A stretch of 56,984 nucleotides of DNA, the filler included, from Sphacelaria rigidula (taxonomy: Eukaryota): NCBI GenBank assembly GCA_964200075.2. It is 8 parts of 8 records of this genome, joined end to end, with 100 filler letters (N's around TTAATTAATTAA, not from the genome) between each part and the next. Parts side by side here need not be neighbours in the genome. Positions count along the whole stretch, not along the records: positions 49,951 to 56,984 come from CAXNAA020016838.1; 7 more parts are not named here. One strand, given 5' to 3'. Numbering within the stretch: the first letter of the stretch is position 1; every line of letters begins with the position of its first letter. Made by a program: the position numbers and the translations under genes. Below the pieces are notes generated by a model. It saw only the letters and a list, made by a program, of their open reading frames with translations, was not told the DNA's origin and did not search any database. Below, piece after piece: positions 50,742 through 56,984 of this stretch.

Positions 50742-51648
50742 TTTCCTCTCCCCCTGCCCCCTCCTTGGAACGCATTTATCACTCTGAGGGATTCATCAAC
50801 CTGCCCCCCCCTCGGCACTTGCTTTGCACTTTGATTGTTCGGAACATTAGATCATCACCCTTCACTCCATCGACTTTTACACATCACGTATATATATTCA
50901 TACAAGATTTATATATATATATATATATACATTTTTTTCCTTTTTCTTCTCCTTTCCATTCAAAGTCTTTTTTCCCTGCATTGTTTTGCTTTCGCCTTTG
51001 TTTTACCTCTGATTATTTTTTCCCCCCTGTTTATTTTTTTCCCCCTGTTTTTCTTTTTCCCTTTTCCTGTTCCGTTTCTTTCTCCTCAGGTTTTACTTTT
51101 GATGACCCTATCTTTCTTTTTCTTTTTTCTTCATGTATTTTCAATCATTTATTTTCTTTCAGCAGCGAGTGTTTCCGTTTCCTTCACCATGGGTTCGCCA
51201 ATATGGTGAATAATTACCATGGCTGGATTCCGTTAATGTGCGACAATCAATTACATCAATCACAATAAAACCAAGAACCCCCCCCCGCCCGCCCCTGCCC
51301 AGAAAGTGCCCCCTCCCCTCCCCTCTGCCCGGCTGAACAAACCGACGATCATCGTTCCTTGTGGAACGATGAAGAGAGTCACGCACATACACTCAAAACC
51401 AAATGTGGACGTTCCATATTATTTCAGCGCCAGCGCCAGGGAAAGAAAAAAAAAGGGGAGAAGAAAAGCTACAACACTGCACCTTACTGAGGTAGGAAAA
51501 AAATCAATTAATTTGTCCAGGATTGCAATGAAGGGAACACGGGAGAAAAAATAAGAATAAAAATGAGAACAAAAGTAATGTTGAAGAAAAAAGAAGAAAG
51601 AAATGAAAAAAAAAGGGAGAACCAACGACAAGAAAAGAAAGAGCTCAC

Positions 51649-54600
51649 CTCGTCCATGTTTCGAACTTTGTGTGCACCCTGGTACTTCGTCCGAAGCCAA
51701 ACCTCCAGTCCCTTGCCTGCAAATACATGCACCACAACAACGAGACGATGAAAAGATACCAAGGGTGCGTGGGTATAATAGGGTATTTTATAACTGCGGG
51801 TATTCGGCAGTATCATGCAGTAAGTACCCCAAGACTTGGAGACTCGTGGTGAGGTCATACCCAATAATACCCCGACAATGGATTGAGTAATGCCATCGCG
51901 CCTAATTTTACCCAATGGTCGGGTAGAATGTGGAGATCGGACCGTCGCACAACAAAATTCGGGAGAATAACCATCTGTGCATTTTACCCTACCCAACACA
52001 AACTTGATTATAAATGCCCATCACTGGTCGTTGCTTCTCCCGTTCCACTCGGCACTGTTTTGGGGGTTCTCTTGGCGTTACACCATAAATTTAAGGGCAC
52101 TTATTGTTCGTTACACGTCAAAAGTTAAGCTAGGCTAGTACTGCGGTGGGGGATAACGTGGGGAGCCCTGATTTGATTTGACGCTAAACAGGGCTGCCCA
52201 CCTCGTCCCCCACCTCGCATTAGCCTGGCCCGACGCTTAATGCTTGATGTGTAACGAAGTTTGTGACCTGTAACGAATTTTGTGACATGTAACGAATTTT
52301 GTGAAGTGTAACGATAAGTGCCCTGATAAAAGTGTGAGCCGGATCAGTATCAACAGTACGCACGCATGAAACAGGTGAGTGACACTCCGCTGAAAAGTCG
52401 ATTTTTCAGACAATACGCCCTCGTTACCTGGCGAAGTACTTTCGGCAAGAGTAATCTCACAACACGGGTAACCGAAAGAGCTGATTTGATTGACTCAATT
52501 ACTTTTTGACTTGATCTTGAGTACTGTACTTCGATTTGATTTTCAATCGATTTTGATTGGTTTTAATTGATTTGCTTGGTTGGACTGACTGATTGTCACA
52601 CCTGAACAGATCCCCATGAAAAGTAAGCAGGCAATCACCGCAGAAGGAAGGTGGAGTAACGACTAACAAAATAAAAAAATAAATAATCATGTCTTGACCT
52701 TCCCTCCTGTGATCCCGGCTGATGCGCCCACATATACCGAAAGGTCTAAGCAAGCGTCCAGAATAGATGGGATGTCAACACACACAACCAAACCGCTCAA
52801 TTAGCGGCCGCATAGCGTATGCGTCTGTAGTCCTTCCGTCATTACTCACTTCCCGTCCCTGTTCAGGGCTGGCGTAATGACGCCGTAAAACACGCCTCTC
52901 ACTGCGTAAGCTAGGCAACCAGGTTACCGTTTCCTTTTTCGCGTGCTTTTTTTTTTGCGGTAACCGTGATGGCGGTCGAGCTACTGTAGATCACATCATG
53001 CGGGGTGTAGAACCCGGACTCCGAGCAAAGGGGATGATCGCATGCGCAATATTTATATATGGTGGGACTCTGATGAGGCAGTGTGTAAACCGTGGATATC
53101 TCTGGAAGTGTCGATACCAGAAAATGAGGCAACTCATTGGAGGCTGTCATCCATATGCAAGATACTTAGCACGCATCGGGCCGAACAATCTCAGCAGGAT
53201 GCAGATAACCTTTTGTGCGACTCGTCGAACAAATCACGGCGCTTCGCGCTTGGTGATTAATTGCCAGCCTGGTCCGGCGAAAACCCGGTGTGCTCCGTCC
53301 CGGCTTTTTAGGGATGCGAGGCCAACGGTTTCATGACCACTGCATGTAAGACTATGAGTACCTCCCCTTCCCCCCATTTGCGGTGTACGACCTACAGTCC
53401 ATATATTGGGTTGTAAGTCGGACTGCAACGCAGCACTTCAGAGAGCTGACCTGTGTGCATGCCATTTCACTCGTAAGCGTTCGAGAGCAATTAGGTACAC
53501 CTTACCAGTCCCGAAAATTTAGGATATCTCCGAGTAGCCGTGTCGATAGCAATGGGCCTTACTAGGCGGGAGGAAGCCTTCCTCTGGATGATGACTATTT
53601 TCTTGGTCTGTTAGGTCCACAAATTCCACGGAATCACGTGCTTATATTTTGAAGTGTGCAGAAAGGCCGAGAACGCGCACGGGACTCACCTAGACAGAAC
53701 AAAGGAGACAGGATGATCGTCCCCGGAGTCGCAAGGACCAACAGAGCGGACGACCAGACAGCGCGGGCTGCCACGCCTCCCACTAGAATCGGCCACGCCG
53801 GCTGGGTGAGAATGGATGTTTGCGCATGTGTTTCTTTGTTAGTGCGGCGAGGGGGGGGGAGTGTACTCACGATCTTGCATGCCGCAGTCATGAGACCATT
53901 TACGTCGCATCCCTGCAAAGCCGGGACGGAGCACGCCGGCTATCGCCGGACCAGGCTCGCATTCACCAAGTGCGAAGCGCCGTGATGTGTTCGGCGAGTC
54001 GCATGAAGGGTGAGCTACATCTTGCCAAGATTCTTCGGCCCAATGCGTGCTAAGTATCATGCATATGGATGACAGCCTCCAATGAGTTTCTTCATTCCCT
54101 GATAAGACAACTTCCAGACACAACCATGGCTTACACAGTCTCATGGGTGTCTCACCATTGAAACACACCACGCAGTATGATATCCCTTTTGCGCGGATCA
54201 TGCTAAGGCACACACACACGAAACATACATGGTGGACTAAAAACCAACGGCATTGCTTCACGGTCACAATAGAGCGAACAAAGCCCTTAAGCGCGACATT
54301 GGTAACAGATTGACTCTGGATCAACCAAAACATTAAAAAAAAAAAACGTGACTATACTTCGGACGGCCGTTTTTATTTTGATGACAAACCTCCGGGATCG
54401 GGTGCTATGGAAGTAGATAAACAAGGCGTGTCATTCGCTGGGCAAGGGGTAAAGCCGCGGAGTTTTTCTGTTTGGTGTTCGAAGCGGCGTCCACGCCCTT
54501 TCCTTGCTCCGTGATGGGGTTCAGTTTGGATCGCCCGTCCGTTGGGCGACAACGGAGTTAACCGGCGTTGGGCCACACTTATGTCCACGGTTGATCATAC

Positions 54601-56599
54601 TTGATTCGAGTGTGAACAACGACAATCGGATTTCAAGTGGGGCTGACAGTTCCGTGTGCTCCTCGCGTGCGAAGAACGCATTTTCGTTCGGAACGGCGCC
54701 ACAGGCGCCGATTTCGGGTCTACCAAGGCCCCACTTTGCCTAGGGAACCCTATGTACCTACCTCCCTCGCCTGACGGTTGTCGGTGTGCCTTGGGTTGGG
54801 GTTAGTCAGGGTTAGGGGTAGCGATAGTTGTAAAATGTGTCAATCAATAACACCTCGTGGTCCGACGCTGGTTAACCTACCCCTTGGACGACGGAACATG
54901 TCGATCACTTTTTGGTGCGTTGTACGGCAACGTTCATCCCCGCTGCTAAGGCCTCGTTTCAACGAGACGAGCTTAGTAACGTAACAACGCGCCGTGAGAA
55001 TCAGAGTGATTCTGGCGGGTTTTGTGATTTTTTCTTCCTTCCTTCTTCTGCCTTTCCGATTGGTTGAGAGCTGATGGGCAACCAACTGAAGAGACAAGAT
55101 TGGGAAGAAAAAAAATCGAAAAACGCCTGAATAATTTTTCCTCTCACTCTCACGACGAATTCTCATTATTGTTCTTGTTTGCTTAAAACGGGCCCTAACG
55201 TGCAGTTTTTGTGCTTTCATTCCAACACATGCGAATGCTTTTGGGATGGAGAACTCGTACAGTAGTAGGAACAATTTCAAAATCTTGCAGACGTGAACTA
55301 TGCCAAACTATTTCCGTAGAAAATGTGCCAAAATTTCTCAGTAGTAAAATATCCCAATATCTAGTTGTAGCGAAGATCAAAACTTCTTGAAAAGGTGCCG
55401 AAATATTTTGCACAGGTGAAGGCCCCGAAGTCTTTCAGTCAAGATTCCAAATCTTACAGAAGTAAAGGTCCCGAGATCTTGCAGAAGTGAAGATATCGAA
55501 ATCTTGTAGCAAATATCCCAATTTATCGCGGTAGTGAAGATCCCAGGATTTTGACGGCAGGTTTTTATGATCGAAATACAGAAGATCACGGGACCAGCAA
55601 ATAGAAAAATAAAAAAAAGAAGTTAAAGGCATTTGGTATTTCAGCAAGAACAAGATAATGCCGTAAGTCCAGGAAAAAAACGAGAATCTGCAGCTGGTCA
55701 CGTGAAGTATCATTTCCTTGGGTGCAGAAGGTCTACCTAAAATTTCAGCTCAAGACTCGTCGAATTGGGCCGTGCATTCAACATTTTCCGTGACGATGCT
55801 GCNNNNNNNNNNGCAACCCTATAAATCAAGTGATGGGAGACTCCAATTATGGAGGTCATGAGTTCGAATCCCGACAGATTCTCTTTTTTTTTTCGTCTGT
55901 CGTTAAGGTAATACATAATGCAGTACATTTTTTTTCTTCATTCAGCGGCGGTGCCGTGTGTCACCAGGTTGGTCTACACTTCACAGCGATATGCTTACAT
56001 CGGGTTCATTCAGAAAACTGAGGAAGCTGTGGTGTGAGCAACTTTTAGCCGCTTTGAAGCTGGCCCAGCTCGTATGATAACCCCCCTTTTTTGTGCTCCG
56101 CAGATGAACAACCAAAACATCTCCATCAGCCATTTTGTCGAGGGAATTAACGTGGTGCCGATTTCAACAGAACTGATCATGGTGATCGAGATGAACACGC
56201 ACAAATACACACACCCAGGCGCTTCAGGGGGATGGAGGGTAATCACGACAAAGGTTTAGTTCAAGGTTATTTCAGCATTTTCTGAAGGGAAAAACGATAA
56301 TACAAAACGAAACGAAACAAAATGGAACGCAACACAATACAACACGACACATATAGGGGGTAAGGACCACCAATGAAGCCTACAAAAAGGTTCAGAGTAT
56401 TTTCTAGCACACGTTGCCCTCCACATGTTCAAGTACACACATGCGATCCAACTCTAACATCTTCATCTGTGGAGTAAGTAGTACACACCTGTGGGCGGCG
56501 GATGCGGATATCGGAAACGCCAATTTCCGTCCGGCGGTCCTTGTACTCGAGTAGATCGTTTCTTAGCTCTGCCACCGCGGCACATTCGTCCTCAGTCGC
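51649..56599 (-). CDS. Probable glycerol-3-phosphate O-acyltransferase (Sct1/Gpt2-like), C-terminal membrane region; 3 internal exons, partial
   Basis: Exons 56599-56489 (ATEDECAAVAELRNDLLEYKDRRTEIGVSDIRIRRPQ), 53801-53690 (PAWPILVGGVAARAVWSSALLVLATPGTIILSPLFCL) and 51716-51649 (GKGLEVWLRTKYQGAHKVRNMDE). Canonical sites (CAG|GTGTGT, TAG|GTGAGT, GAG|GTGAGC) with compatible phases 0, 1, 0. The exon chain is strong; the product is inferred from the L..Y...L...G..D..I / PG.I...P.F transmembrane pattern, and catalytic motifs are not in the window. Confidence 0.65.
52250..52315. repeat. 19-bp tandem repeat TGTAACGAATTTTGTGACA, about 3.5 copies
   Basis: Directly visible; contiguous units without spacers. 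Confidence 0.85.
52990..53375 (-). mobile_element. Single TRIM-like unit (PPT, LTR, internal region)
   Basis: LTR ~53074-53361. C-run on its right. Left flank GCGGGGTGTAGAACCCGGACTCCGAGCA matches the internal region at 50380-50410. Confidence 0.75.
53850..54200 (+). mobile_element. Single TRIM-like unit (PPT, LTR, PBS, internal region), inverted relative to 52990-53375
   Basis: GGGGGGGGAG|TGTACTCACG...CAGTCTCA|TGGGTGTCTCACCA followed by internal-region homology. Confidence 0.8.
55280..55550. repeat. Degenerate tandem repeat (ATCTTGCAGAAGTGAAGATCCC-like units)
   Basis: Several imperfect copies; abuts and truncates the following MITE. Confidence 0.55.
55550..56072. mobile_element. Second, inverted copy of the 5629-6207 MITE, one end truncated
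   Basis: Reverse-complement match over ~500 bp; ends GCTGGCCCAGCTCG-TA. Confidence 0.85.
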
Positions 56600-56984
56600 C
56601 TGGTATCAGCAGGCGACACAGACACAAAATAATTGAGGTTCCAATAATAACAATAACATTAACAGCAACAACCACAACAATACCAACAACAATGTATAGT
56701 TGAAAAGAAAAGTTTTCAGTAAAAAACAAAAATATGGGTGTATTGTGTAGATGCACCGTTCAAGTTTTCAACTATTGAAGACCACTTTTCTGTTCTTCGT
56801 CTGGGGAGTTTTTTCGTCCTCCGTCGCCGGGCACCAACATATCATGCCATTGCCTTGTGCACCTCTCTGCCGACTCGCAAGGCAGAAAGCAAGCACGTGT
56901 TATTTGAAGTGCCAAACAGCGCACGGTTAGGACGAATCGTCACGGGTTCGAATCACCAAATCCACGATTTCTTCGGCCTGATTG

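Noticed and set aside
50669-51268. 199-aa Phe-rich ORF as a membrane protein (similarly 46300-46857 and 37797-38183)
   Set aside because: Translation of T-rich or A-rich low-complexity retroelement UTRs.
53067-53110. Hammerhead ribozyme core CTGATGAG
   Set aside because: No stem II with GAAA follows, and the motif is absent from other copies of the repeat.
53662-53805. Plus-strand exon continuing the CHD gene (KGRERARDSP...)
   Set aside because: Different contig; it is the antisense shadow of the better supported minus-strand exon 53801-53690.
54790-54822. Telomeric TTAGGG tract
   Set aside because: Only one or two imperfect units, internal to an intron repeat.
56915-56960. tRNA gene (GGTTCGAATC); also a reverse B box at ~17740
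   Set aside because: No cloverleaf or acceptor stem can be formed; probably degenerate SINE heads.

Overview
This is eukaryotic, intron- and repeat-rich DNA, most likely from a brown alga (Phaeophyceae, stramenopile). That assignment is an inference from short exons in long introns, a bipartite plastid presequence and the repeat style. The window is not one locus. It consists of eight contigs of 7037, 7037, 7036, 7035, 7035, 7035, 7035 and 7034 bp, sorted by length and joined by 100-bp N44-TTAATTAATTAA-N44 linkers, so nothing can be inferred across the gaps. Four partial spliced genes were reconstructed exon by exon: the 3' half of mitochondrial complex I 51-kDa subunit (NDUFV1/NuoF, minus strand), an ABHD17-like alpha/beta hydrolase (minus), a CHD-type chromodomain SNF2 remodeler (plus) and a probable Sct1/Gpt2-type glycerol-3-phosphate acyltransferase (minus). 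The first exon of a probably plastid-targeted protein is also present. Two contigs are decayed Ty3/Gypsy retrotransposons; one integrase carries a chromodomain followed by a Tudor-like domain. The rest is Tc1/mariner-, piggyBac- and hAT-like MITEs, a tRNA-derived SINE, LINE tails and micro/minisatellites. The most unusual signal is an abundant ~290-bp TG...CA LTR-like family. It occurs as a tandem PPT-LTR-PBS array and as single units that keep both PPT and PBS flanks (TRIM-like, possibly permuted monomers). There are also two GC-AG introns and a long head-to-head MITE palindrome.
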